DNA of 64,000 nucleotides from Parcubacteria group bacterium. GTDB taxonomy: Bacteria > Patescibacteriota > Minisyncoccia > Moranbacterales > UBA2206. Position 1 is the first letter of the stretch, and the number at the start of each line of letters is the position of its first letter. The position numbers were made by a program, and so were the translations under genes. The notes beneath the pieces were generated by a model, which was given only the letters and a program-made list of their open reading frames with translations, was not told the DNA's origin and searched no databases. Shown in pieces: positions 49,444 through 59,109 of the stretch. The stretch lies in contig JBAYWF010000005.1 in the NCBI GenBank assembly GCA_041674205.1, positions 15,865 through 79,864 of the forward strand. Reading direction: 5' to 3'.

Positions 49444-50817
49444 ATGACCAAAACTTCCAATGAAAACCTACGGGTTCCGCCGCAAAACATCGACGCTGAG
49501 CGCTCCGTGCTCGGCGCTTTGATGCTGGACAAAGACGCGATCATCAAAGTGGCCAATCTCATCCGTATGGGCGACTTCTACAAGGATATCCATAATATGA
49601 TCTACGAAGCGATGACCGAACTCTATGAGAAGCGCGACCCGATCGACGTGCTTTCGCTCTCCAACCGATTGGAAGAAAAAGGGCAACTCGACAAGATCGG
49701 CGGTTCCAGTTATCTCACATCTCTCGTTAATTTCGTGCCATCCAGCTCCAATATCGTCCACTACGCCCAAGTGGTGCAGAAAAAATCCACCTTGCGCAAA
49801 CTCATCCAATCGGCCAGTGAAATCGTCGAGCTGGGCTACAAAGAAGAGGAAGACGTGGAAAAACTTTTAGATGCTGCCGAACAGAAACTTTTCGCCGTTT
49901 CCCAGAAATTCATCAAGCAAGATTTCGTGCCTATCAAATCGATTTTGGAAGACGCTTTCAACCGCATCGACGAACTGCACAAAGGCGACCACCAATTGCG
50001 CGGGATTCCGACCGGCTACCCTGACTTGGATAACATCCTGGCCGGCTTCCAAAAATCCGACTTGGTCATCTTGGCGGCACGTCCGTCCATCGGAAAAACC
50101 ACTTGGGCCCTGGACTTGGCCCGCCAAATCGCCGTACAGCAAAAAGTGCCAGTGGGGATTTTTTCGCTGGAAATGGGTTCCGACCAGTTGGTCGATAGGA
50201 TGCTGGCCGCCCAATCAGGCGTCGATTTGTGGCGCTTGCGCACCGGCCGCTTGAAATCCGGCGACGGCGACGATGATTTCCAAAGGATCGGGGAAGCGAT
50301 GGGCGTCTTGTCCGACGCGCCGATTTTCATCGATGACTCCGGCAGCGCCAATGTGATGGAAATGCGCACCATGGCCCGCCGCTTGCAATCGGAACATAAT
50401 GTCGGACTCATCATTATCGACTACTTGCAGTTGATGGAAGGCCGTTCCGGCGGAGACAACCGCGTCAATGAAATTTCGGAAATTTCCCGCGGACTGAAAC
50501 AGCTTGCCCGCGAACTCAATATCCCTATCATCGCCCTCTCCCAGCTGTCGCGTGCCGTAGAAGCCCGCAGCCCGCAAATCCCGAAATTGTCCGACTTGCG
50601 CGAATCCGGTTCCATCGAGCAGGACGCCGACATCGTGATGTTCCTCTACCGCGAAGACCGCGAAAAACCCGATACTCCCAACAAGAATATCGTGGAAGTC
50701 CATATCGCCAAACATAGAAACGGTCCGATCGGCCGGATATCCCTATATTTCCAAGAATCCTCCACCACCTTCAAATCGCTGGAACGGGCGCATGCGGATT
50801 ATACGAATAATGAATAA
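49444..50817 (+). CDS. dnaB: Replicative DNA helicase
   Basis: AARPSIGKT, IDYLQL, SDLRESGSIEQDAD, AKHRNGP. Confidence 0.97.
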   Translation: MTKTSNENLRVPPQNIDAERSVLGALMLDKDAIIKVANLIRMGDFYKDIHNMIYEAMTELYEKRDPIDVLSLSNRLEEKGQLDKIGGSSYLTSLVNFVPSSSNIVHYAQVVQKKSTLRKLIQSASEIVELGYKEEEDVEKLLDAAEQKLFAVSQKFIKQDFVPIKSILEDAFNRIDELHKGDHQLRGIPTGYPDLDNILAGFQKSDLVILAARPSIGKTTWALDLARQIAVQQKVPVGIFSLEMGSDQLVDRMLAAQSGVDLWRLRTGRLKSGDGDDDFQRIGEAMGVLSDAPIFIDDSGSANVMEMRTMARRLQSEHNVGLIIIDYLQLMEGRSGGDNRVNEISEISRGLKQLARELNIPIIALSQLSRAVEARSPQIPKLSDLRESGSIEQDADIVMFLYREDREKPDTPNKNIVEVHIAKHRNGPIGRISLYFQESSTTFKSLERAHADYTNNE

Positions 50818-50907
50818 TTTTAAGTTTTAAATGGAATCCAAGCGTTTAAATTTTTTAATTCGGTTATTAAAAATTGATTTAAAATTTTTAATTTAAAATT
50901 TAAAATT
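50816..50907. repeat. AT-rich heptamer-periodic palindromic element, copy C (inverted relative to A and B)
   Basis: Reverse complement shares AAATCAATTTTTAAT and TTGGATTCCATTT with copy A. Confidence 0.8.
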
Positions 50908-50914
50908 ACACCCT

Positions 50915-51505
50915 ATGTATCCCAAACCTTTCAAAAAACTCATCGACCACTTCGCTTCCCTGCCCTCAGTCGGACCGAAAATGGCCGAACGTTTGGTCAT
51001 CCATCTCTTCAAACAGAATCCGGAAAAGATCACTGATTTCGCGCAAACATTGACGGAACTGAAAACCGGTTTGAGATATTGCCAAAAATGTTTCAATCTC
51101 AGTGAAAATGAAATTTGTTCCATCTGCGCCGACCCGAAACGCGACCGAACCGTCATCTGCGTAGTGGAAGAGCCGCTGGATATTTTTGCTATTGAGAAGA
51201 CCCGGCAATTTTCCGGACTCTACCACGCCTTGGGCGGCGTCTTAGAAAACCTTTCTGCCGGCAGCAGTTTGAAAATCACCGAGTTGCAAAACCGCATCAA
51301 AGACGGTGGCATTTCCGAAGTCATAATCGCTATGAATCCCACCACCGAAGGCGACGCCACCGCCCTCTACATCAACCGCGTCCTCAAAGACTATCCGGTG
51401 AAAGTCACCCGCCTGGCGCGCGGCCTTTCCACCGGAGGCGACATCGAATACGCCGACGAACTGACGCTCAGCAGCGCCTTGAACAACCGGATCAAATTGA
51501 ATTGA
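50915..51505 (+). CDS. recR: Recombination protein RecR
   Basis: LPSVGPKMAER, C4 zinc finger, TOPRIM, EGDAT. Confidence 0.96.
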   Translation: MYPKPFKKLIDHFASLPSVGPKMAERLVIHLFKQNPEKITDFAQTLTELKTGLRYCQKCFNLSENEICSICADPKRDRTVICVVEEPLDIFAIEKTRQFSGLYHALGGVLENLSAGSSLKITELQNRIKDGGISEVIIAMNPTTEGDATALYINRVLKDYPVKVTRLARGLSTGGDIEYADELTLSSALNNRIKLN

Positions 51506-51550
51506 ATATATCTATCAGCTCTTTTCACTTCTAATAAAAAAGGGGGTAAA

Positions 51551-51769
51551 ATGGAAAATTCACCCAAAAGCAATGGGATGGAGAAGCTATTTCTATTACG
51601 ACGGAGTTTTAAACCTAGATTGGCACTGACGGCTTTTCAACAAAAAGACCGCGGTCTGCCATACTCGAATGCCGAGGCGATCCTACTATTGTTATCCTCC
51701 CGATTGATTGAGGAACAGCAAGAATCGATCAATGAGTGTGTGCCGATTGATTTTTGTGACAACACCTGA
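51551..51769 (+). CDS. Orphan 72-aa protein, SD-led
   Basis: AAGGGGGT upstream of ATG; followed by long hairpin. Confidence 0.6.
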   Translation: MENSPKSNGMEKLFLLRRSFKPRLALTAFQQKDRGLPYSNAEAILLLLSSRLIEEQQESINECVPIDFCDNT

Positions 51770-51780
51770 AGTCCCAACAA

Positions 51781-51818
51781 AAAAAAGTCCCGAACCGGAT
51801 TCCGGTTCGGGACTTTTT
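51781..51818. terminator. Bidirectional terminator
   Basis: AAAAAGTCCCGAACCGG-att-CCGGTTCGGGACTTTTT. Confidence 0.85.
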
Positions 51819-51833
51819 CTATCCGAAGCTTTT

Positions 51834-51956
51834 TTAAAGGATGCTTGTTCCGCTAGCAGCCAATATTTCATCAGCCTTATACGCCATAAATAATGCGGTG
51901 GCGGCAAAGATTACGATTATAGCCACTCCGAGCGAGGTAGGAATGTTTTTTTCCAT
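51834..51956 (-). CDS. 40-aa single-TM small protein, not in ORF track
   Basis: MEKNIPTSLGVAIIVIFAATALFMAYKADEILAASGTSIL; TGGTATAAT -10 box upstream. Confidence 0.5.
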   Translation of the reverse strand: MEKNIPTSLGVAIIVIFAATALFMAYKADEILAASGTSIL

Positions 51957-52095
51957 ACTTTTTTTATTTTTAATTATTTTTTATTTATTTTATTATACCA
52001 CATCCTGAAAAAAACATAAGGGCGGATTTCCTCCAAAAATACAAAGCCCGGCTTGCGGCCGGGATTTGGTTTGTTCTTGTCTCGATATTGGAAGT

Positions 52096-52404
52096 TTATT
52101 TGATCGATAGTATTTCCACTTCCGTCATCGTCTGGCGGTGTCCGAATTTCACCTTATATCTTTTCTTGGCTTTGAATTTCATACCGGTCACTTTGTCGCC
52201 TTTTTCAGTCTTGATGATTTTAGCTTCGACTTTAGCGCCTGGCACGACCGGGGTTCCGACCTTGGCATCCTTTTCATCCCCGACAAACAAGACCTCATTG
52301 AAGGTAATCACACTTCCCTCTTCACCTTCCAGTTTTTCAACCTTGATTTTATCCCCTTCTTGGATTTTATACTGTTTTCCGCCTGTTTTGATGATAGCTA
52401 ACAT
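52096..52404 (-). CDS. rplU: 50S ribosomal protein L21
   Basis: AIIKTGGKQY, GHRQ. Confidence 0.97.
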   Translation of the reverse strand: MLAIIKTGGKQYKIQEGDKIKVEKLEGEEGSVITFNEVLFVGDEKDAKVGTPVVPGAKVEAKIIKTEKGDKVTGMKFKAKKRYKVKFGHRQTMTEVEILSIK

Positions 52405-52558
52405 AATCAGTTTGCATTTATAGTTACATAGGCTAGTATACAGCCTTTAGTTGGAACTGTCAATCGCTTTCCCTTTGAAAGCCTTGATTTATAGCCATAT
52501 CAATACAACCCCGGCTATTATGGACAAAACAGTCGTTTCGAGTTATTATGGGGATATT

Positions 52559-54076
52559 ATGGAAAAGATCCACCGAACCATATTTTTCTGGACACTAACT
52601 CTGATATTTATCATAATCACCCCAGCCATAGTCCTATACGCCAGGGGCTTCCGCTTCGATTTCAATCGGGGTGTTTTTGTCCATAGTGGCACCATTTCCA
52701 TCCAGTCCAATCCGCAAGAAGTCAAAATCAGCATCAACGGCGCAGAAAGCGATTCAAAAACACTCAACCAGATCAATAAATCCTATAATATATCCGGTCT
52801 TATCCCGGACACCTACGACCTATCGGTCAGCGCCGACGGCTACCAGACCTGGAATAAAAAGGTCGAGGTGCACAGCGGCCAAGCCAGTGAATTCTGGAAT
52901 ATAGTGCTCGCTAAAGATAACTACACCAAAACGGATTACAACACCCCAGGCATCGGGAAATTTTTTATTTCTCCCAAAAACAAAGGTATCATCTATACCC
53001 GAGAAAATGGGGACGGATTGAATGTGGGCATATTCGACATCCAGACCAAGCAGCCGACTGGCACCTTTGGCTTCCCGGGTTGGAGATTCATCGCTGAATC
53101 CCGGAGAGAGAACATAGAATGGTCGCCCAACGAAGATTACATATCGGTTCCGGTCGAAAAAACCGTTTTGGAAAACGCCGAACCTGAAACGGCATCCGGA
53201 TCAGAAAAAGAAACCATCCAATATGCCTACTTCATCCTTGATCCCACCAAAAAGACGTCTTTCAATCTGAACGACCTATTGGGAAATCCCGACATCGATT
53301 ATGTGCGCTGGGACCCCAGGGATAAAAATTATCTTTTCTATTTAAGCGGAAATAACCTCTACCGTACCAATATCAACAACATATCCGATACGGTCACAAT
53401 CGCCCAGGATGCATCAAGCTTCGATTTATCCAAAACGAATGTCTACTACGCCCAAATGCCGCACGAGCTTGTCTACAAGACGAACCTGGATGGATCGGGT
53501 GAACCGATCCAGATAACCAGCGATTTTCCGGAAGGTATAACCCGGAATTTCCGCCTGGTAGCATATGATGACACCCGCATCGCCTTCTTAACGCAAAATA
53601 AGGATCTCTATATTTTCAATAATGGAGAATTTGATTTATATTCAAAAAAATTAGGTTCAGACATAGAGGGATTGCAATTTTCCGACGATGGGAAGAAGTT
53701 GCTCTATTGGACAAAAAATGCGATGTCTGTCTATTATTTGCGCAATTGGAATGTAGCGCCGGTCCGCAGCGAAAATTCCATCGAGGACATCACCCGCTAT
53801 TCCGATGAAATCAGAAACATCCAATGGTCCAAAGATTATGAACATATCATATTCTCGATCGGCTCGCAGATAAAAATCATAGAACTTGATCCGACAGACC
53901 ATCGCAACTCTATGGATCTCCTGAAAACCGGTTCCGATCTACCCTTGGCCGGCTATGACCATGCCCAAGAAAGGCTGTATTTCGTGGACACCAAGGATTC
54001 GTCCACCGACTTGTTCTCCATCGTCTTCCCAGAACCCACGCCGATTCTCGGCCTCTATACGCCAGCCAACGAATAG
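52559..54076 (+). CDS. PEGA-domain beta-propeller membrane-anchored protein
   Basis: TM-LYARGFRF, PEGA (GYQTWNK), WSP/FSDDGKK propeller blades. Confidence 0.8.
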   Translation: MEKIHRTIFFWTLTLIFIIITPAIVLYARGFRFDFNRGVFVHSGTISIQSNPQEVKISINGAESDSKTLNQINKSYNISGLIPDTYDLSVSADGYQTWNKKVEVHSGQASEFWNIVLAKDNYTKTDYNTPGIGKFFISPKNKGIIYTRENGDGLNVGIFDIQTKQPTGTFGFPGWRFIAESRRENIEWSPNEDYISVPVEKTVLENAEPETASGSEKETIQYAYFILDPTKKTSFNLNDLLGNPDIDYVRWDPRDKNYLFYLSGNNLYRTNINNISDTVTIAQDASSFDLSKTNVYYAQMPHELVYKTNLDGSGEPIQITSDFPEGITRNFRLVAYDDTRIAFLTQNKDLYIFNNGEFDLYSKKLGSDIEGLQFSDDGKKLLYWTKNAMSVYYLRNWNVAPVRSENSIEDITRYSDEIRNIQWSKDYEHIIFSIGSQIKIIELDPTDHRNSMDLLKTGSDLPLAGYDHAQERLYFVDTKDSSTDLFSIVFPEPTPILGLYTPANE

Positions 54077-54124
54077 GCCAGGAAATACGCCCCGCATCCG
54101 AGCCGGCGGAAAAAACCAGGTCAT

Positions 54125-54155
54125 AAAAAAAGCGCGCCGTATCGGCGCACTTTTT
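54125..54155. terminator. Bidirectional terminator
   Basis: AAAAAAGCGCGCCG-tat-CGGCGCACTTTTT between convergent genes. Confidence 0.75.
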
Positions 54156-54177
54156 GATATCAATAGATGGTTCTGAT

Positions 54178-54735
54178 TTAACGCTTCGCCCACTGCGGAG
54201 ATCGGCGAGCTTTTCTTCTTCCCGGCTTTTTCCGCTCAACGATCCTAGCATCACGGGTCAGATATCCCAAGTCCTTCAACGACTTTTTGAGGTTCTCATC
54301 GAAAATTATCAATGCCCGTGCCACTCCCAATCTAGCCGCCTCAGCTTGCCCCATAATTCCGCCGCCATTGACCTTGACTGAAACATCGAATTTCTCTTCA
54401 AGTCCGGCTGCCATCAAAGGCGCTTTCAACATATCGGAATGCCTTTCGATCGTAAAATAATTTTTCACATCCTTCCCATTCACCACGATCCCTTTGCCAG
54501 CCTTGTCAGCCGGATATAGCCTGATTTGGGCGATCGAGGTTTTCCTTTTTCCAACAGCATAAAAATACTTCCCGGAAAATTCCTTGGTTTCCTTAGCGGT
54601 TTTCACTTCTTTAGCTGCTTTAGCCGTTTTGACCTCTTTAGCCTCCTTGACTTCTTTGACCTCTTTAATCTTCTCAGTCTTAGCCGGAGCCTTGGCTTTT
54701 ACGGTCTTAACAACGGTAGTTTTTTTGATTGCCAT
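54178..54735 (-). CDS. rpsI: 30S ribosomal protein S9 with N-terminal Lys-rich extension
   Basis: GKRKTSIA, GGGIMGQ, ERKKPG..KAR..PQWAKR. Confidence 0.96.
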   Translation of the reverse strand: MAIKKTTVVKTVKAKAPAKTEKIKEVKEVKEAKEVKTAKAAKEVKTAKETKEFSGKYFYAVGKRKTSIAQIRLYPADKAGKGIVVNGKDVKNYFTIERHSDMLKAPLMAAGLEEKFDVSVKVNGGGIMGQAEAARLGVARALIIFDENLKKSLKDLGYLTRDARIVERKKPGRRKARRSPQWAKR

Positions 54736-54745
54736 ATGATACGGA

Positions 54746-54861
54746 AAATTTTTAATTTTGTAATTTTTAATTTTTAAATAATCCGCTGATTTTAAAACGC
54801 TTAGAGCATTCAAAAATCAAGATTTATTTATAAAATTATAAAATTCAAAAATTATAAAATT
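54746..54861. repeat. AT-rich 7/8-mer-periodic palindromic element, copy D
   Basis: AATTTTT/AATTTTGT left arm, AAAATTAT right arm filling the rplM-rpsI spacer. Confidence 0.7.
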
Positions 54862-54863
54862 AT

Positions 54864-55271
54864 TTAATGTGTTACTTCGATCTTATGCTTATGTTGCGCG
54901 TCGGCATAAATCAGCAAACGGGTCATCATCTTGTCGCGCAACTTGTTTTTGCAAAGCATGCCGTATACAGCGGTCTCGATCACCTTGCGTGAATCCTTCG
55001 CTACCTGATCCTTCAGCTTGATTGAAGTTACGCCTCCAGGATATCCGCTGTAATGGTTGTAAACTTTGCCATCCATCTTATTGCCAGTCACCCGAAGCTT
55101 GTCCGAATTGATGACGACTACGAAATCCCCGGCATCGATATTCGGAGTGAATCCGATTTTGCCCTTACCGCGAAGAATCAAGGCGATTTCAGTTGCCATC
55201 CTTCCCAGAATCATACTTTCAGCATCAAATAGGTGATACTTCCTTTGGATTGTTTGCTTTCCTTTGTTCAT
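54864..55271 (-). CDS. rplM: 50S ribosomal protein L13
   Basis: LGRMAT, GDFVVVIN, SGYPGG. Confidence 0.97.
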   Translation of the reverse strand: MNKGKQTIQRKYHLFDAESMILGRMATEIALILRGKGKIGFTPNIDAGDFVVVINSDKLRVTGNKMDGKVYNHYSGYPGGVTSIKLKDQVAKDSRKVIETAVYGMLCKNKLRDKMMTRLLIYADAQHKHKIEVTH

Positions 55272-55359
55272 AAATTTTATCCCGCACGCCAATTCCGGTT
55301 GTTTAGCCTTGAATTGTTATGAAAGATCCTTATTTCTTACTACGCTCGGCCTTGCGGAA

Positions 55360-55725
55360 TTAATCTACGAATTCGATAATCGCGATTTTAGCCGCATCAC
55401 CTTGTCTTGGAGCTAATTTGATAATCCTCGTGTAACCACTGTTTCTTTTTGAAAATTTATCTAAAAATTCACCGGTCAGCTTTTTCACTGCCATCAACGG
55501 GATGTTCTTCCTAAGCGCCCGCAAAACGGCGATTTTTTTAGTCTCATCCTTGGACAACTTAGCCTTATTGATGAGCTTATCCATCATGGATTTCATTTCC
55601 TTGGCCTTAGCTTCGGTGGTTTTGATTTTCTCCTCCATAACCAAACTGCCCGAAAGTGTCCTGAACAACGCGGTTCTTTGGTTCCTGACCCGTCCTAATT
55701 TTCTTCCTTTTTGTAAATGCTTCAT
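55360..55725 (-). CDS. rplQ: 50S ribosomal protein L17
   Basis: RKLGR, IKTTEAKAKE, GYTRIIK. Confidence 0.97.
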   Translation of the reverse strand: MKHLQKGRKLGRVRNQRTALFRTLSGSLVMEEKIKTTEAKAKEMKSMMDKLINKAKLSKDETKKIAVLRALRKNIPLMAVKKLTGEFLDKFSKRNSGYTRIIKLAPRQGDAAKIAIIEFVD

Positions 55726-55801
55726 TTGTATTGCAAATTAATGAGGATGTTTAAACTACTTTATTCGAATACGGCCATTGTTCATCCGCGAATATTAGCG
55801 C

Positions 55802-56776
55802 TTATTTATCCTGCTTCAAATTAACCCCGTATTCGCCGATTGCCTTTTTGATTTCTTTCACGCCCTTCGCTCCCATACCTTCAAGACCGGTCAATTCCGC
55901 CTCGGTCATCTTGACGATGGCTCCGACTGTGGCGATCTTATTACTTTCCAAAACATTCGTCGTCCGGGTTGAAAGATTTTTAAGCGTCGCGACTTCGACT
56001 TTGTTAGGATCTTCTTTCTTTTCTTTGATTTCCTCTTCAACCGATTCATTAACTACGGCCTCCTCGACCGCAACCTCTTCATTATCAGCTTCAGCCAAAG
56101 AGTTGAATACCGAGAATTGGCCGACTAGGATAGCTACGGCTTTCGCAAAAGCTTCCCGCGGATCGATACTGCCGTCCGTCGTGATTTCCAATGTGATTTT
56201 CTCATAGTCGGTCTTTTTGCCGACACGCATATTGTCCACATTATAATTCACCCTCTTTATCGGAGTGTAAATAGCATCCACAGCGATGACACCGATTTCC
56301 TTTTCACTGCGCTCTTGCTGCTCGACTGGCACATATCCGATTCCATTGCGGATCTCCAACTCCATTTCCAACTCGCCCTTCGGACTGGTTATGGTCGCGA
56401 TGTGCGCATCTTTGGTGATGACCTCGACTCCAGTCGGACACTCGATCATTCCAGCCGTAATAGCCTTCTCACCCTTGGCGTTCAAAGTGACTTTGACCGG
56501 TTCATCGTTAAATGATTTGAACCTGACTTGTTTCAAATTCAAGATAATCTGGATAACATCTTCCAAAACATTGGCCATAGTCGAAAATTCATGAGTCACC
56601 CCCTTAATCTTTACCGAAGTGACTGCAGACCCTGGAAGCGAAGACAAGAGGACCCTTCTCAGCGCGTTTCCCAGCGTAGTCCCATATCCCGGATAACATC
56701 CTTCAATTTCAAATTTGCCGGCATATTCATCCAAGCTGGTGAATTTCGGCTTTTGAGGAAGTGTTATTAATTGCAT
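55802..56776 (-). CDS. rpoA: RNA polymerase alpha subunit
   Basis: GYGTTLGNALRRVLLSS, HEFST, alpha-CTD. Confidence 0.97.
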   Translation of the reverse strand: MQLITLPQKPKFTSLDEYAGKFEIEGCYPGYGTTLGNALRRVLLSSLPGSAVTSVKIKGVTHEFSTMANVLEDVIQIILNLKQVRFKSFNDEPVKVTLNAKGEKAITAGMIECPTGVEVITKDAHIATITSPKGELEMELEIRNGIGYVPVEQQERSEKEIGVIAVDAIYTPIKRVNYNVDNMRVGKKTDYEKITLEITTDGSIDPREAFAKAVAILVGQFSVFNSLAEADNEEVAVEEAVVNESVEEEIKEKKEDPNKVEVATLKNLSTRTTNVLESNKIATVGAIVKMTEAELTGLEGMGAKGVKEIKKAIGEYGVNLKQDK

Positions 56777-56830
56777 AATTTTGATTTATCCCGCTAGGGC
56801 GGGATTAATTATTATAAATTAAGAAAAAAT

Positions 56831-57463
56831 TTATCTTGAGTAATATTCGACTACTATCTGCGCGTCGACATTGATTCCGATTTCATCCCGCGTAGGGATA
56901 TTCGTCACCTTGGCTTCCATTTTCGAAACATCGAAGCTTATCCAAGATGGAAAATCTTTTCTATTTTTGATAGCCGGCTCCAGATTTTTAAAATAGGTCT
57001 TGCCGTTCTTATTCCCGTCTATGGAAATCACATCCCCGACTTTTACCTCATAGGACGGGATATTGACCTTTTTGCCATTCACTTGCATCAAGCCATGATT
57101 CACCAGTTGCCTGGCTTGGGATCGGGAAGTAGCAAAACCGGCCCGATATGTCAAAGCATCCAATCGCATTTCAAGCCTGCCTAAAAGCAAATCACCTGTG
57201 ATGCCGGGTTTATTAGCGACCTCGTCAAAATGCTTCTTAAACTGCCTTTCCAACACCCCATAAATACGCTTGATTTTCTGCTTGGCTGAAAGCTGAACTC
57301 CATACTCGCTTTGGCCTCGAGACACTTTCTTTCCGTGCACTCCGGGAGCATAAGCACGTTTAACCGCACCGCATTTTGCGGTACCGCAACGATCGCCCTT
57401 GAGGAAAAGTTTTTCCCCCGCCCGCCTACATTTTCGACATTTTGCTTCTGTGTCTCTAGCCAT
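56831..57463 (-). CDS. rpsD: 30S ribosomal protein S4
   Basis: CRKCRR..KLFLKG, LEMRLD, ARQLVNHG. Confidence 0.97.
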   Translation of the reverse strand: MARDTEAKCRKCRRAGEKLFLKGDRCGTAKCGAVKRAYAPGVHGKKVSRGQSEYGVQLSAKQKIKRIYGVLERQFKKHFDEVANKPGITGDLLLGRLEMRLDALTYRAGFATSRSQARQLVNHGLMQVNGKKVNIPSYEVKVGDVISIDGNKNGKTYFKNLEPAIKNRKDFPSWISFDVSKMEAKVTNIPTRDEIGINVDAQIVVEYYSR

Positions 57464-57511
57464 AACGTTTAAAAAAATTGAAATTTATAATTTATAATCC
57501 TCGTCATTTCC

Positions 57512-57976
57512 CTATACCCTTCTTGGTTTTTTCGATCGGCATCCATTATGGGGAATCGGGGTGATATCCTTTATCAGTAACAATTCGAATCCGTTGTTAG
57601 CCAAGGCCCTGATCGACGCCTCCCGGCCGCTTCCTACGCCTTTGACGAAAACTTCCAATTCTTGCAATCCGTATTTCTTGACTTTCTCCGAAACGCTGGC
57701 TACGACCTGGGTAGCAGCATAGGGGGTGGCTTTCTTTGCCCCTTTGAATCCCATCATCCCGGATGACGCCCAGCCTAAAATAGATCCGTTGCTATCCGCG
57801 ATGCTGACGATGGTGTTATTGTAGGTGCATTTGACAGTCGCCCTTCCTTTAGCGATTTGCCTCTTCGCTTTCTTCACTTTCTTTTTCGCATCAGAAGCGT
57901 CTTCGGCCTTTATCCCGGCTGAAGCCGCCACTGGCTCAATCGCCTTTTCTTCAATTGTAACTTTTTCTTCGGTCAT
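57512..57976 (-). CDS. rpsK: 30S ribosomal protein S11
   Basis: YNNTIV, KATPYAA, PIPHNGCR. Confidence 0.97.
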   Translation of the reverse strand: MTEEKVTIEEKAIEPVAASAGIKAEDASDAKKKVKKAKRQIAKGRATVKCTYNNTIVSIADSNGSILGWASSGMMGFKGAKKATPYAATQVVASVSEKVKKYGLQELEVFVKGVGSGREASIRALANNGFELLLIKDITPIPHNGCRSKKPRRV

Positions 57977-58064
57977 AATATTCAAATTAACCCTAATGTT
58001 TAAAAAAGCTTATACGGTTTTTTATTTCGCATCATTATGCGCGACCGTCAGCATCCTTTAGGCT

Positions 58065-58451
58065 CTAAGTCTTTTCAGTTTTGACCCTACCGCTGCCCAT
58101 TGTCCTTCGCACGTTGCCACGCACAGTCCGATTATTCGTCTTGGTCCTTTGTCCGCGAACCGGCAAACCTCGCTGATGCCTGATTCCGCGATAACATCCG
58201 ACTTCCTTCAGCCGCTTGATATTAGTCCTGACTTCATGCTTCAATTCACCTTCGACCCGGACCGTTTTTTCAACATAATCCCGGATCCTATTGCCATCCG
58301 CCTCTGATAAATCTTTCGTCCTTACTTGCTTGGATATTTCAAGCGTTTCCAAAATTTTAGCCGCCAAACTGGGCCCTATCCCATAAATATAGGTCAGGGA
58401 AATTTCAATCCTCTTTTCATCGGGTATATTTACTCCGGAAATTCTTAACAT
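58065..58451 (-). CDS. rpsM: 30S ribosomal protein S13
   Basis: IYGIG, YRGIRH..GLPVRGQRTKTN. Confidence 0.97.
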   Translation of the reverse strand: MLRISGVNIPDEKRIEISLTYIYGIGPSLAAKILETLEISKQVRTKDLSEADGNRIRDYVEKTVRVEGELKHEVRTNIKRLKEVGCYRGIRHQRGLPVRGQRTKTNNRTVRGNVRRTMGSGRVKTEKT

Positions 58452-58585
58452 AATGTTATAAGACTCTAATTTACGCTAATTAACACCGACTATCTCCAAT
58501 ATATCCATCTGGATAATGCGCGACCTTTGCCCGCTTAGGCAGGCCAGCCATGAAAAATCCAGGCTTGATCCGCAATCAACATCGC

Positions 58586-58699
58586 CTAACCTTGCCTTTG
58601 TTTGTGCTTAGGGGTGATGCAAATAACGAAAAGGACTCCCTTCCTTTTGACAAATTTGCATTTATCACAAATTTTTTTAACTGATGCTCGTACTTTCAT
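58586..58699 (-). CDS. rpmJ: 50S ribosomal protein L36 (Zn-binding type), not in ORF track
   Basis: [37 protein letters not shown]. Confidence 0.97.
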   Translation of the reverse strand: MKVRASVKKICDKCKFVKRKGVLFVICITPKHKQRQG

Positions 58700-58700
58700 A

Positions 58701-58922
58701 TTATTTTAATCGTTGAGTTATCCTACCTTTAGTTAAATCATATGGGCTCATCTCGATAAGGACCCTGTCTCCTGGAAGCAGACGGATGTAATTCACCCGC
58801 ATCCTGCCTGAAATATGCGCCAATACGACATGCCCATTATCCAATTTGACTTTGAATGTCGTGCTGGGCAGGGTTTCCTCGACGACACCCTCTAATTTAA
58901 CTAACTCTTTATTATTTGACAT
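58701..58922 (-). CDS. infA: Translation initiation factor IF-1
   Basis: [27 protein letters not shown]. Confidence 0.97.
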   Translation of the reverse strand: MSNNKELVKLEGVVEETLPSTTFKVKLDNGHVVLAHISGRMRVNYIRLLPGDRVLIEMSPYDLTKGRITQRLK

Positions 58923-59109
58923 ATCTTATAATATTTGCCGCTTGTCGGCAAGCTGGAAACACAAACAAAAAAAATAGACGGAGATTTCCCTGCGACAAAA
59001 AAAATTGTCTCAGGAATAAAAATCAATCCTAGTTCATGCTCTTTTTCTTCCCTCTATTTTAAACTTATTTACGTTTTTTCCGGTGTCTTAAACTATATTA
59101 ACGAGATAT

